From Bacteroidota bacterium (GTDB lineage Bacteria; Bacteroidota; Bacteroidia; UKL13-3): 64,000 bases of DNA. The stretch spans positions 21,061-85,060 of the forward strand of contig JAIYAT010000010.1 of NCBI GenBank assembly GCA_027488905.1, read 5' to 3'. Below are positions 47,115 through 57,860 of this stretch, one piece after another. Positions within the stretch are counted from its first letter, which is position 1, and each line of letters opens with the position of its first letter. The notes beneath the pieces were generated by a model that did not search any database, was not told the origin of the DNA, and saw nothing but the letters and a program-made list of their open reading frames with translations. Both the position numbers and the translations under genes were made by a program.

Positions 47115-47147
47115 AGACCATGGTCCATCGACAATGGTCCATGGTCT
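47115..47147. repeat. Short palindromic hairpin of CCATGGT units at the SRPBCC gene end
   Basis: AGACCATGGTCCATCGACAATGGTCCATGGTCT. Confidence 0.5.
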
Positions 47148-47685
47148 ACTCCAACTCCCTTTTCTCAGCTGCCCTTTTTATTTCAAACAAACCTTCCTCA
47201 AAACCAGCCTCAGTTGATTTAATCTTGGAAGGGAGCATAAACCTAAAAATTGGGTTATAACCCACATCGCCAGAATCTACCCAAATTAGGTGCGTTTTAT
47301 TGGCCACAGGCTTAAAGTAAAAAGTAGCTTCGGAATGCATGGTGCCTTCATTGATGCTTAAATCATAATGAATCATTTCATTTTGTTGGCTCTTAGTTAT
47401 TTTAAACCTTCCAATCCCTACTAGGCCACCTCTAAAATACTGGGCCGCCCCTTGGCCGCTCTTCACTTTGCTATAAAAGCTAACCATAGAACTGTCTAGT
47501 TGGGTATTCCACGGACTCCAATCGGCCCAATTGCGAATGCTGTTCATGTAGGCATAAGTTTCATATACAGGCTTGTTAATAACCGTGCTGCGCTCTATAC
47601 GGTAGGTTTTAGGAAAAAGCAAGGAAACCAAAAACACCAATCCAACTAATCCTAAGATGGCCGCAAATATTCCAAATAATTTCAT
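47146..47685 (-). CDS. SRPBCC (START-like) family protein
   Basis: N-terminal TM, Y.IERS..IN, W..WSPW, GL..IK. Confidence 0.85.
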   Translation of the reverse strand: MKLFGIFAAILGLVGLVFLVSLLFPKTYRIERSTVINKPVYETYAYMNSIRNWADWSPWNTQLDSSMVSFYSKVKSGQGAAQYFRGGLVGIGRFKITKSQQNEMIHYDLSINEGTMHSEATFYFKPVANKTHLIWVDSGDVGYNPIFRFMLPSKIKSTEAGFEEGLFEIKRAAEKRELE

Positions 47686-47845
47686 TTTGTATTAATTCTA
47701 ACTGGCGACGAAATTACATAAATCATTCAGATTTGAGTTCATCGCTTTTTTTAGTAGTTTCGTCTACAAATGTTTTGTAAACAGCCTCAGGCAGTTTAAC
47801 ATTGTATGGGTGATGGTACCTTTGACCTAAGATAATAATATAAAA

Positions 47846-48583
47846 ATGAAAAACGCAGGTAATATACATCCAGATCCACAACGCTCAAGAATTCTTGGAG
47901 GCATTATCCTTATCCTTATTGGGGTATTGTTTTTTGCAAGAAAATTAGGCATCGAGATGCCAGATTGGTTGTTTACTTGGCCCATGTTTTTAATTGGTTT
48001 AGGATTGTACATCAGTGCCAAGCATAATTTTAGAAATCCAGGTGGATACATTTTGATGCTGATAGGGGGCGTTTTCTTAAGCGAACGCTTTTATCCAGAA
48101 ATTCAAATTCATGAATTCTTTTGGCCTACTTTTCTAATTGTTATGGGAATCGTTTTGTTGTTTAAACCCAGAAGAAACAAAAATGCCGATTTTATGGCTT
48201 GGGATAGCAAAAACAATTGTATGGTGGCTACCGATTCTACAGACCAAACCATAGAAGTAAACAGTATCTTAGCAGGGGTAAAAAGAAACATCTTAACCAA
48301 AGATTTTAAAGGAGGAGAGGTTAATTGCATTATGGGTGGTGCAGAACTCAATTTTGCACATGCAGCCATTACGGGTACAGCAGTATTAGAAATGAACCAA
48401 GTTTTTGGTGGAGCCAAAATTATTGTTCCTGCCAATTGGGAAATTATCTCAGAAATTACAGTCGTTTTAGGTGGGGTAGAAGATAAAAGACAAGTTATCG
48501 GTAACTTCAACCAAGAACAAAAATCAGTGCTTATTCTTAAGGGAGTTTGCGTGTTTGGAGGAATTGATATCAGAAGTTATTAA
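47846..48583 (+). CDS. LiaF-like membrane protein (cell wall-active antibiotics response)
   Basis: Four TM helices with WP motifs; FKGGEVNCIMGGAEL, FGG..I.VP.NW, FGGIDIRSY. Confidence 0.85.
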   Translation: MKNAGNIHPDPQRSRILGGIILILIGVLFFARKLGIEMPDWLFTWPMFLIGLGLYISAKHNFRNPGGYILMLIGGVFLSERFYPEIQIHEFFWPTFLIVMGIVLLFKPRRNKNADFMAWDSKNNCMVATDSTDQTIEVNSILAGVKRNILTKDFKGGEVNCIMGGAELNFAHAAITGTAVLEMNQVFGGAKIIVPANWEIISEITVVLGGVEDKRQVIGNFNQEQKSVLILKGVCVFGGIDIRSY

Positions 48584-48603
48584 TTATATAAACCAAGGCC
48601 TAT

Positions 48604-48969
48604 ATGAAGTTATTTCTAGCAAAAATCATCTATAAGATCGTAAAACCCTTTGAGGAAGGGTTTGAGCAATTTGATGAACAACTTTGTTTTGTAAATGCCC
48701 GCGATTTACATGAAGCCTTTTTTAAGGCCAGGATGTTAGGTGTTAAAAATGAAGATGAGGTAAAGCACGAAAGTGGTTCTTCCATCCTTTGGAAATTCAT
48801 TGATGTTCCCTTTCTCAAAGAAATTACCTCTTTCGAAGACGGCTTAGAGTTACATTCTGCAGTTCTAGAGAAAGAGGCCTCAGAGTTTTATGAAAAGTTT
48901 ATAAAGGCAAGGGCCTCAGAGTTGCAATCCTCAATAGAATTAGGCTTGCAACCTTTATTGTCGTCGTGA
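48604..48969 (+). CDS. DUF4288-like protein
   Basis: FLAKIIY.I, QFDEQL..V.A....AF.KA, WKFIDV. Confidence 0.7.
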   Translation: MKLFLAKIIYKIVKPFEEGFEQFDEQLCFVNARDLHEAFFKARMLGVKNEDEVKHESGSSILWKFIDVPFLKEITSFEDGLELHSAVLEKEASEFYEKFIKARASELQSSIELGLQPLLSS

Positions 48970-49997
48970 TACTTGAGATATCCTTAAAACGAGGCCTCAT
49001 TGGCTTTAGCAGCTTTTGGCTACTATGGCTATTTATCCATTTTTATGTATTAATGGATTTTGAAATTCCTATTGGCATTGCCTTTACAGATGCCTTGGTT
49101 TCGCAAAGTTTTTTTCTGCTCATTGCCAGCATTTTATTTCTTACCCTAAAATACTATCAACCTACAGAAGGTAATTTCTTTTACCTGCGCATTTGGTCCT
49201 TACTTTTAGCTACTGGTGCTACTGCAGGCAGCTATGAAATTTTAAAGTTTCGGTTTGAACCAAACACCCTTTACACCAAATTTTTATACGACTCTGTCAC
49301 CATTCGATTCTTGTTTCAAGTATTAATGGTAGGCATGGTTACTGTTTTACTTTGGTTAGTAAATTTTCATAGACAAGATAAAAGCCTAAACGAGCGAAAA
49401 CAAATGCTAGAAGATGCAGCCAAAGATGCAGAGTTATATAATTTACGCCAACAGCTACAACCTCATTTTTTGTTTAATAGCCTTAATTCAATAAGCGCAT
49501 TGGCAGGCTCCAAGCCTGAGTTAGCAAGGTCTATGATTCAACAACTCTCAGAATTTTTGAGGCATACCTTAAACAAAGACGATAAGCAATTGGTGAGCCT
49601 AAAAGAAGAGTTGCACCAACTCAATTTATATTTACAAATAGAAAAGGTAAGGTTTGGACATCGCCTACTTACCTCGGTTCAAACCGACCCAAACTGCGAA
49701 GGCCTTATGCTGCCTGTTTTGGTGTTGCAGCCTTTGGTAGAAAATGCCATTAAGTTTGGTTTATATGATACCTTATATGAAGTTTTAATTGCAGTGAAGG
49801 CTAGTTGCAACGAGGGCAAATTAGTAGTGGAAATAACTAATCCATTCGACCCTGCAAGTTCTAAGGCTGCTGCAGGTACGGGTTTTGGTTTAGCTTCCAT
49901 TCGCCGAAGATTATACCTTATTTATGCGCGTAATGATTTGGTTGAAACCTTTGCACAAGACAACCTATATGTCGCTAGAATTACCATTCCACAATGA
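48966..49997 (+). CDS. LytS/YehU family sensor histidine kinase
   Basis: LRQQLQPHFLFNSLNSI, YLQIEKVRFG, LQPLVENAIK, GTGFGL. Confidence 0.93.
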   Translation: MILEISLKRGLIGFSSFWLLWLFIHFYVLMDFEIPIGIAFTDALVSQSFFLLIASILFLTLKYYQPTEGNFFYLRIWSLLLATGATAGSYEILKFRFEPNTLYTKFLYDSVTIRFLFQVLMVGMVTVLLWLVNFHRQDKSLNERKQMLEDAAKDAELYNLRQQLQPHFLFNSLNSISALAGSKPELARSMIQQLSEFLRHTLNKDDKQLVSLKEELHQLNLYLQIEKVRFGHRLLTSVQTDPNCEGLMLPVLVLQPLVENAIKFGLYDTLYEVLIAVKASCNEGKLVVEITNPFDPASSKAAAGTGFGLASIRRRLYLIYARNDLVETFAQDNLYVARITIPQ

Positions 49998-50734
49998 TGA
50001 AAAAATATACCTGCTTAGTTATTGATGATGAACCCTTGGCCAGAATATTGGTATTGGAATACCTTCAAAGTTTTGAAAACATAGAAGTGCTTGCAGAGTG
50101 CAATGATGGTTTTGAAGGCATGAAGGCCATTGCTACCTTAAAGCCAGATTTCATTTTCTTAGACATTCAAATGCCAAAAATCAATGGCTTTGAGCTCTTA
50201 GAGTTACTCGAAGAACCTCCTGCGGTGATATTCACTACAGCATTTGATGATTATGCCATGAAGGCATTTGAAGCCAATGCAATCGATTACCTGCTCAAGC
50301 CATTTAGCAAAGATAGATTTGAAAAGGCTGTTACAAAAGTGCTGACGCAATTAGGTTCAAGCCAACAAAACACAGCCTTAACGGCGGTAACAGAAGACTA
50401 CCTAGAGAAGCAAGATACATTAACAAGGATAGTAGTAAAACACAACCATGTAGTAAGAATATTAGCCTTGCAAGAGCTGCTTTACTTAGAAGCCTATGGT
50501 GATTACATTAAATTACACACAGCAGAAGGTGTATTCCTTAAGAAGAAAACCATGAGTTTTTTTGAGACACACCTCAGCGAAAAAGAATTCATACGCGTGC
50601 ACCGCAGTTATATTATTCCAACGCAGGCAATTGTAAAAATAGACCCACCCGATTTTGTCATCTTAAAAGGTGGAAGTAAAATCCCTATTAGTAAAACTGG
50701 TTATGTTAAATTAAAGCAAGTCCTAGGTATGTAG
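49994..50734 (+). CDS. LytTR family response regulator
   Basis: DDEPLAR, FLDIQMP, FTTAFD, DYLLKPF, FIRVHRSYI. Confidence 0.95.
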   Translation: MMKKYTCLVIDDEPLARILVLEYLQSFENIEVLAECNDGFEGMKAIATLKPDFIFLDIQMPKINGFELLELLEEPPAVIFTTAFDDYAMKAFEANAIDYLLKPFSKDRFEKAVTKVLTQLGSSQQNTALTAVTEDYLEKQDTLTRIVVKHNHVVRILALQELLYLEAYGDYIKLHTAEGVFLKKKTMSFFETHLSEKEFIRVHRSYIIPTQAIVKIDPPDFVILKGGSKIPISKTGYVKLKQVLGM

Positions 50735-53464
50735 TTAGATGTCAAAAGCCTTATCCATAATGGCTTGTTGTTCTTTCGCATGTACTTTGCTATAGCCAGT
50801 TGCAGGGGAAGCACTCGATTCTCTAGAAATTCTTTTTAGCTTTAAGTTTTGATCCCAACGCAATAAGTATAACCAAGCGCCCATGTTTTTAGGTTCTTCT
50901 TGTACCCAACAAATTTCTGCTTTAGCATATTTTGCATACAAATCTGCCAATTGGTTTTCTGGCATTGGATACAATTGTTCTAACCTTACAATAGCCACAT
51001 CTTTGCGTTGGTCTTTTTGTTGGCGCTCTAAAAGCTCATAGTATATTTTTCCAGTGCATAACAATACACGTTTTACCTTCTTGGTATCCACAAAGGTGTC
51101 GTCTATTAACTCTTGAAAATGTCCTTGGGTAAAATCTTCCAATTTACTCACACAACCCGGATGGCGCAACAAGCTCTTTGGAGACATCACTACCAAAGGC
51201 AAGCGAATGTCTTTGTGTTTTACTTGTCTTCTTAAGGCATGAAAATAATTAGCAGGCGTGGTGATGTTACAAACTTGCATGTTCCAATTGGCACACAGTT
51301 GTAAGAATCTTTCTAACCTAGCAGAAGAGTGTTCTGGTCCTTGACCTTCGTAACCATGCGGCAGCAATAATGTAAGTCCGCTAAAGGTTTTCCATTTAGT
51401 GGCAGCACTTGCTAGGTATTGGTCGATGATGATTTGCGCACCATTGGCAAAATCGCCAAACTGGGCTTCCCAAATGGTAAGGTCATTAGGTCTAATCATG
51501 CTAAAGCCATATTCAAAACCAAGCACAGCATATTCACTCAACAAAGAGTTATAGAACTTAACACCAGCATTGTTTAAGTCTCCAAGGTTATCAAAGATAT
51601 TGAAGCTTTTTTCTGAGTCTTCTTGTTTAATGATTGCATGTCTATGGCTAAAAGTACCACGCTCACAATCTTGACCAGTCATGCGCACATGATGTCCTTC
51701 ATGGGTAAGGGTTGCATAAGCCATTAGCTCGCCCATGGCCCAATCATAATTGTCGTTAGCAATCATGTTTTTGCGGTCTTTAAACAATTTTTCAATCTTG
51801 TTAAAGGCCTTGAACCCATCAGGAATATTGGTAAGAAGATTTGCAAGGTTTAGGAAGTTATCTTTAGCCACAGCAGTGCCATCAGATTTTAAGAAATCTT
51901 CTTGGTTAGCAGGTCTAAAGCCATCCCATAAGTTTTGCAAGAAATTTTTAGGTTTAGAAGGTTCAGCTCCTTTTGCGCTTTCTAGTTTCTCTTGTAATAA
52001 CTTCCTAAAAGAGCTTTCCATTTCCTTTGCTAGTTCGGCTTCTACACTCCCATTGGCCAGCAATTTTTGGTTGTAAAGTTCTCTTGGATTCGCATGCGTT
52101 GAAATGGCTTTGTACAAAACAGGTTGTGTAAACCTAGGTTCATCGCCTTCGTTATGGCCATATTTTCTATAGCCTAATAAATCTATGAATACATCGCTAT
52201 TAAACTCTTGGCGGTATTCCATGGCCAATTTAACGGTAAACACTACAGCTTCTACGTCATCTGCATTTACATGAAACACAGGGCATAAAGTAGTTTTGGC
52301 TACATCTGTGCAATAGGTAGAAGTTCTGGCATCGATGTAATTGGTGGTAAAACCAATTTGGTTATTGGCAACAATATGAATGCAGCCACCTACCGAGTAG
52401 GCTTTTAATCCGGCCATTTGTAATACTTCATACACAATGCCTTGGCCGGCAACAGAAGCATCTCCATGAATAAGAATTGGTGCAATTTTATCTTCATCAC
52501 TTTGGTGGGCAAATTCCATTTTAGCCCTAGTTATTCCTTTTACAACAGGATTAACGGTTTCTAAGTGTGAAGGATTAGGACTTAAACTCAAATGAACTTT
52601 TTTACCATTGCTGGTAGTAATATCCGATGTATACCCTAAGTGGTATTTCACATCGCCTTCAAAAATGCCTTCGTCTTCGGCGGCTTTTCCTTCAAATTCT
52701 TTAAAAATATCTTCATAGGTTTTACCTAGAATATTCGCCAAAACATTTAAACGACCACGATGCGCCATACCGAGCACAAATTCTTCAACGCCAAGGTCGG
52801 CACCATATTCTATCACAGAATCAAGTGCAGGAATTAAGGTTTCCAAACCTTCTAAGCTAAAACGTTTTTGGCCCACAAATTTTGTGTGCAAGAAGTTTTC
52901 AAAAACAGAAGCTTGATTGAGTTTAGAAAGCACATTTCTTTTTTGGTCGATAGAAAGTTGAGGAGTGTTGCGACTACTTTCCATTTTCTGTTTGAGCCAA
53001 GAGATTTTTTTAGGCTCACGCACATACATAAACTCTGCGCCAATGCTTTGGCAATAGGTTTGTTGTAGAAGCGCTATAATATCTTTAAGTTTGGCTGAAC
53101 CTAATCCTACTTCTGTTCCCGCATTAAAAGCCTTTTCTAAATCGGCTTGGTTCAAACCGAAATTTTCTATGGCCAAAGTTGGCTCATATTTTCTGCGCTC
53201 GCGCACTGGGTTTGTTTTGGTAAAAAGATGGCCTCTACTTCTGTATCCTTGAATAAGGTTAAGTACATTTATTTCTTTCAATACATCCTCAGAAACTGCA
53301 GTACCTTGTTTGCCATTGCTATATTTTTGGTTATACCCAAAATCAAAACCTTCGAAAAACTTCTTCCAACCAAAATCTACAGATTCTGGGTCATTCAGGT
53401 ATTGTTGATGTAAATTGTCAATGGCAGAAACGTCTGCATTTGAGAGGTAAGAGAATTGGTCCAT
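50735..53464 (-). CDS. sucA: 2-oxoglutarate dehydrogenase E1 component
   Basis: GQKRFSLEG, GMAHRGRLN, NPSHLE, HGDAS.AGQG, WEAQFGDFANGAQ, GPEHSSARLERFLQ. Confidence 0.98.
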   Translation of the reverse strand: MDQFSYLSNADVSAIDNLHQQYLNDPESVDFGWKKFFEGFDFGYNQKYSNGKQGTAVSEDVLKEINVLNLIQGYRSRGHLFTKTNPVRERRKYEPTLAIENFGLNQADLEKAFNAGTEVGLGSAKLKDIIALLQQTYCQSIGAEFMYVREPKKISWLKQKMESSRNTPQLSIDQKRNVLSKLNQASVFENFLHTKFVGQKRFSLEGLETLIPALDSVIEYGADLGVEEFVLGMAHRGRLNVLANILGKTYEDIFKEFEGKAAEDEGIFEGDVKYHLGYTSDITTSNGKKVHLSLSPNPSHLETVNPVVKGITRAKMEFAHQSDEDKIAPILIHGDASVAGQGIVYEVLQMAGLKAYSVGGCIHIVANNQIGFTTNYIDARTSTYCTDVAKTTLCPVFHVNADDVEAVVFTVKLAMEYRQEFNSDVFIDLLGYRKYGHNEGDEPRFTQPVLYKAISTHANPRELYNQKLLANGSVEAELAKEMESSFRKLLQEKLESAKGAEPSKPKNFLQNLWDGFRPANQEDFLKSDGTAVAKDNFLNLANLLTNIPDGFKAFNKIEKLFKDRKNMIANDNYDWAMGELMAYATLTHEGHHVRMTGQDCERGTFSHRHAIIKQEDSEKSFNIFDNLGDLNNAGVKFYNSLLSEYAVLGFEYGFSMIRPNDLTIWEAQFGDFANGAQIIIDQYLASAATKWKTFSGLTLLLPHGYEGQGPEHSSARLERFLQLCANWNMQVCNITTPANYFHALRRQVKHKDIRLPLVVMSPKSLLRHPGCVSKLEDFTQGHFQELIDDTFVDTKKVKRVLLCTGKIYYELLERQQKDQRKDVAIVRLEQLYPMPENQLADLYAKYAKAEICWVQEEPKNMGAWLYLLRWDQNLKLKRISRESSASPATGYSKVHAKEQQAIMDKAFDI

Positions 53465-53545
53465 ACTTTATGGTTTGGTAAACGAACCGCGAAGATAGAA
53501 AAATCATGCATTTAAAGCAGTTTCTCTAAGAAATTACAAAGAATG

Positions 53546-54868
53546 CTAATTTGCTGAAAGCCAATCTATCAAATCTTTTATGAAATAATCTGGAATGTTT
53601 CCAATCATAAAATATTCTGAATAAGTGGATTCTGCGCCACCCGAATAAAAGAGGTGGTTAAGTTTTGGGTAGTTTTTAATGGTTACGTTAGACTGTTTGC
53701 CTAATTCTTTTTTCCAGCCAGCAAGATTTTCCATATTTACTTGGTAATCTCTATCACCATGCATGATGAGTATGGGTATTTTTAGTTTTTTAGCCATTTC
53801 AACATGTGGGTATTTATTTAGCCAAATCCAATAGGTGGCTTGCACCTCATAAGGCATTTTATAATGCTCTGTTAGCGGGTTCAGTTTTTTATTCATGCTA
53901 TACAAAGCCTTTTCTTTTTGTTCTATAAATTCTTCTTTTTTGTCTGGTGTAACATAAGATAAATAATCATATTGGTCCATCATCATTTCCTGTGTGCGTT
54001 TGTAATTAGTGCCTAGCATTGCAATCCCTTTTACTTCTTTTCTTTCCTTGGCAACTAATGGTAAAAGCATTCCACCTTGCCCATGGCCTAATAAGTAAAT
54101 TCTACTAGGGTCAACCTCCGAAAAAGTGAGCAAGGTGTCTATTGCTTTGTAGAGGTCATCTAAATATTCTTCCCTGCAAGTGTAATTTTCATAGGCATTT
54201 TTTGCGGTAAGTAATATGTTTTGGTAATGGAGTGAGCGTTTGTCGTACCTAAAAGTACAATATCCATTGCTTGCCACGGCATTAGCTAAATCACGGTAAG
54301 GTTTATTTTCGCCATAGCTACCATCTCTGTCGGTTGGACCAGATTCTGGTAAAATAATTACCAATGGATGTTTGCCTGGGTTATTAGGTGCAGTAAAAAT
54401 ACTTGGTAACTCAAAGATGCCATTATTTATTTTAAAATGCCTTTCGGTATATTTTGACACATCTACATATTCCGGTGAGACATACACTTTATGTGCAGGA
54501 ATAAAACCAATCATAACAATTTTTCTATCCGGGTTAAACCCTAAGTTTAAGACATACGGAAGGGATTCAAAACTTAGTTTATAACTAATAAAATGAGAAC
54601 CTTGGTAATTGCCGTAAAATATAGGCCTAACACTTTCTAACTTACCATAGGTGCCTACAAGTTCGTTCCAATCTCCTTCAAAAGTTATGGCATTGTAGCT
54701 ATTCAAATAAATAGTATCTCTTGCATCACTAATTTTTTGAAACTGATTAGTTTTAAAATACTCAATAATGGTTTTGCCCAAAGAATCTGCCATTTCGAAG
54801 TCGCGCGATTGGGCAATGCTTAATTTGCTAAAAGCAACAAGAATTAGTAGCCATAAGAATTTTCTCAT
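53546..54868 (-). CDS. Exported alpha/beta hydrolase-fold protein (DUF3887-like N-terminus)
   Basis: SGPTDRD, RYDKR, GHGQGG (nucleophile position is Gly, not Ser), GDRDYQV, LNHLF. Confidence 0.8.
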   Translation of the reverse strand: MRKFLWLLILVAFSKLSIAQSRDFEMADSLGKTIIEYFKTNQFQKISDARDTIYLNSYNAITFEGDWNELVGTYGKLESVRPIFYGNYQGSHFISYKLSFESLPYVLNLGFNPDRKIVMIGFIPAHKVYVSPEYVDVSKYTERHFKINNGIFELPSIFTAPNNPGKHPLVIILPESGPTDRDGSYGENKPYRDLANAVASNGYCTFRYDKRSLHYQNILLTAKNAYENYTCREEYLDDLYKAIDTLLTFSEVDPSRIYLLGHGQGGMLLPLVAKERKEVKGIAMLGTNYKRTQEMMMDQYDYLSYVTPDKKEEFIEQKEKALYSMNKKLNPLTEHYKMPYEVQATYWIWLNKYPHVEMAKKLKIPILIMHGDRDYQVNMENLAGWKKELGKQSNVTIKNYPKLNHLFYSGGAESTYSEYFMIGNIPDYFIKDLIDWLSAN

Positions 54869-54890
54869 GACACAAAGGTAGGGAGCTAGT

Positions 54891-55649
54891 TTATAAATTA
54901 TTATTTAATAATGCAGCTTCGCACACTTTTTGGTAAACCTTATTTTGATGCACTTCTTGCAATAATTCTTGGTGCTTAATGTTGTGAGTGTCTGAACCTA
55001 CCAAGTCAACTAAATTGTTGTTGACCAAATAAATTGCCGCATCTTGAACGGGTTTTGAATAATAGCCAAGGCAAGAAAGCATGTTCATTTGCAATAAAAT
55101 TCCTTGGTCTTTTAAATCATGAAACCTACTGCGGTCATCATTGTAATATAGATATCTTTCTGGATGAGCCAATACAGGTGTGAACCCTGCAATCTGCAAT
55201 TCAAATAAACATGAAGCTAGATTCCTTGGCTCATTCATAAAAGGTAATTCTACCAAAACATGTTTACCAGTTGGACCAAATGTTAGTAATTCGCCCTTTT
55301 CAATTTTCTTTTCAAAGCCGTCGTCAATCAAGTATTCTGCTGCGCAGTCTAATTCTAACTCAATATTATTTTCTTTGAGTCTTTTCCTGATTTCATCTCT
55401 GATTGGAAAGAGATTTTCCTTGCTGTTTTTGTAAAAATCACTCATGATATGCGGCGTGGTGATTACCTTACGCATACCGAGCTTTGCAAAACCTTCTAAT
55501 ATTTCTAGGCTTTGCTCTATGGTTTCACAGCCATCATCCACACCAAAAATGAGATGTGAGTGAAACTCTACTTGTATGGGATTAACAAAAGGTGCAGCAT
55601 TTCTATCTGCACCTTTTGTTCCGCTAAATAATTTGCTAAAAAATGACAA
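54891..55649 (-). CDS. CpsB/CapC family PHP tyrosine-protein phosphatase
   Basis: HSHLIFGVDDG, TTPH, AAEY, LAHPERY, GSDTH. Confidence 0.9.
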   Translation of the reverse strand: MSFFSKLFSGTKGADRNAAPFVNPIQVEFHSHLIFGVDDGCETIEQSLEILEGFAKLGMRKVITTPHIMSDFYKNSKENLFPIRDEIRKRLKENNIELELDCAAEYLIDDGFEKKIEKGELLTFGPTGKHVLVELPFMNEPRNLASCLFELQIAGFTPVLAHPERYLYYNDDRSRFHDLKDQGILLQMNMLSCLGYYSKPVQDAAIYLVNNNLVDLVGSDTHNIKHQELLQEVHQNKVYQKVCEAALLNNNL

Positions 55650-55651
55650 GG

Positions 55652-56629
55652 TTATACGTTTTCTAAAAACTCTTTTAATGACGCGATATTTGGAACATTG
55701 AGTGAATCAACACGTCTATGATCTGCTACTAGTAGACTCAACCAGTCAAGTCTGTGAATGGTTTGATAAACAGAAGCAAAATTAAATTGCTCAACACCCA
55801 TTTCTATTACTTTATGGTTTTCAACTTCTAATAAGCCATTCAAGAATTCGAATCTTGAACCAACTCTTGGATTGCTGTTAGAATTTAAGAAAAAGAACAC
55901 GGTATCCAATGTGCCATAATAGCTTTCAATTACATTGTGATTATGTTCAGGAAGCACATGAGTAAAACATTCGTGCTTTGCATTTTCTTGCACCTGTTGC
56001 GCAAAACGAGTGGCAACTGCTTCAAATTGAGCATCACTTAACACAACATATTTTGAGTTTACTTTGCTTTTGATGGCTTCAAAAACTTCTTCTGCATCTT
56101 GTTGGTAAGGGTCGCAATTGTCGAATAAGCTTGAAACTTTTTTCATTTCTTCGCGTGCATCTCTTCCTATAAGTTCTGCAAAAATTAACACCAAGTAGCT
56201 CAAAGAGTAGCCTAAAGCCATTCTAGGTTGAACACCAGGTTCTATGAAGTAACTTTTTAAATTGTTCTCTTTAACTAGATTGCCCAATTTACCACCACTA
56301 GTCAAGACCAACATTTGGCTTCCTCTTTTCTTAACTTCGTCAAACATGGCCAAGGTTTCTTCTGTATTGCCGCTGTATGAGCCAAGAATTACCAATGTTT
56401 TTTCATTCACGTAGGCTGGTAAGGTATAATCAGCGATTACCTCAACAGGCAATGGAAATTCATCCATGAATAGGGTTTTAACAATGCGACCACCAATGCC
56501 GCTGCCACCTAAACCACCAATTAATATATTTGAAAACTGATTGGCTGCTAAGCCATGATTGCTAAAATTTTCTACAGCAAAGTTAATTTGATAACCAAAT
56601 TTCCTCAATGCTTCGTGTTGTGGATTCAT
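55652..56629 (-). CDS. Bifunctional phosphoglucose/phosphomannose isomerase (SIS domain)
   Basis: GLGGSGIGG, SYSGNTEETL, TSGGKL, QPRMA, ENAK, PEHNHN. Confidence 0.88.
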   Translation of the reverse strand: MNPQHEALRKFGYQINFAVENFSNHGLAANQFSNILIGGLGGSGIGGRIVKTLFMDEFPLPVEVIADYTLPAYVNEKTLVILGSYSGNTEETLAMFDEVKKRGSQMLVLTSGGKLGNLVKENNLKSYFIEPGVQPRMALGYSLSYLVLIFAELIGRDAREEMKKVSSLFDNCDPYQQDAEEVFEAIKSKVNSKYVVLSDAQFEAVATRFAQQVQENAKHECFTHVLPEHNHNVIESYYGTLDTVFFFLNSNSNPRVGSRFEFLNGLLEVENHKVIEMGVEQFNFASVYQTIHRLDWLSLLVADHRRVDSLNVPNIASLKEFLENV

Positions 56630-56653
56630 ATTTGTATTTCCTAAGTTTAAAAA

Positions 56654-57520
56654 TTAATGATTATTTAACAATCCTAAAAGGTATTTGCCATAGCCACTTT
56701 TCAGGTATTTTTTGCCTTCTCTTTCCAATCCAGCTATGTCTAACCAACCCATGCGAAAGGCTACTTCTTCAATGCAACCAATCTTCCAACCTTGGCGGTC
56801 TTCAATAACTTGCACAAACTGCCCAGCTTGCATCAACGATTCAAAAGTACCCGTATCTAACCAAGCAGTACCTCTGCGCAAAACGCCTACTTTTAGTAAG
56901 CCTCTTTCAAGGTAATATTTATTTATATCGGTAATTTCTAACTCGCCACGAGGCGAAGGTTTAATGTTTTTTGCCACTTCCACCACCGAATTATCATAGA
57001 AATAAAGTCCTGGTACAGCGTAATTTGATTTAGGTTCAGTTGGTTTTTCCTCAATGCTTAAGGCTTTCATGTCTTTGTCAAATTCCACTACCCCATAGCG
57101 TTCTGGGTCGTTTACATGGTAGGCAAAAACCACCCCACCTTCAGGGTCATTATTGCTTTGTAGGAGCTCGCTCAAACCTGCGCTATAAAAAATATTATCG
57201 CCTAAAACCAATGCAACTTTATCGTCGCCAATAAACTTTTCGCCTATGATAAACGCCTGAGCCAAACCATCTGGCGAGGGTTGTACCGCATATTCAAACC
57301 TGCACCCAATTTGAGAGCCATCCCCTAAAAGTTTAACAAACCCATCTTGGTCGTGAGGGGTTGTAATAATTAAGATTTCTCTAATTCCAGCAAGCATCAA
57401 AGTGCTTAGCGGGTAGTAAATCATAGGTTTGTCATAAACAGGCATCAATTGCTTACTAACTGCAATTGTAAGTGGATGCAAGCGAGTTCCGCTGCCTCCT
57501 GCTAAAATTATTCCTTTCAT
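56654..57520 (-). CDS. rfbA: Glucose-1-phosphate thymidylyltransferase
   Basis: [55 protein letters not shown]. Confidence 0.97.
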   Translation of the reverse strand: MKGIILAGGSGTRLHPLTIAVSKQLMPVYDKPMIYYPLSTLMLAGIREILIITTPHDQDGFVKLLGDGSQIGCRFEYAVQPSPDGLAQAFIIGEKFIGDDKVALVLGDNIFYSAGLSELLQSNNDPEGGVVFAYHVNDPERYGVVEFDKDMKALSIEEKPTEPKSNYAVPGLYFYDNSVVEVAKNIKPSPRGELEITDINKYYLERGLLKVGVLRRGTAWLDTGTFESLMQAGQFVQVIEDRQGWKIGCIEEVAFRMGWLDIAGLEREGKKYLKSGYGKYLLGLLNNH

Positions 57521-57860
57521 TATTGGGTCAACTGAGCGCGCAATATAGACGATATTCCTATTTTGGCAAAACGCTAGTTCGCTTTTGGTGGTTGGCTTTT
57601 GGCGATTTGCTTCTGGCAACTAGCATTTAGCTTCGGGCAGTTGGCTAGTGGCAAAAGAAACTGCTAGGGAATTTAGCTGCTCATACTGACCCGGAGGGGT
57701 CGCACATTGATTTGGGTGTGGGATTGTTGGTATGGAATAGTTTCAATTGACATTTAGTTCATCAATAAACTAAAATTGTTGATATTCCTTAATATCAGTT
57801 ACCCAGCAAAAAACTAAAAATATCCTTTTTTGCGTTATTCTACCACCAAACCTTATTCCC

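Noticed and set aside
47737..47764. LytTR-binding direct repeat (GTTCATC/TTTCGTC, 21-bp spacing) upstream of the LiaF-like gene
   Set aside because: Plausible but too short and degenerate to support.
57570..57705. Degenerate TTGGC/heptamer repeats and a GACCC..GGGTC hairpin upstream of rfbA as an ncRNA
   Set aside because: No recognisable RNA family; it looks like decayed short intergenic repeats, and the ORF extension across it is spurious.
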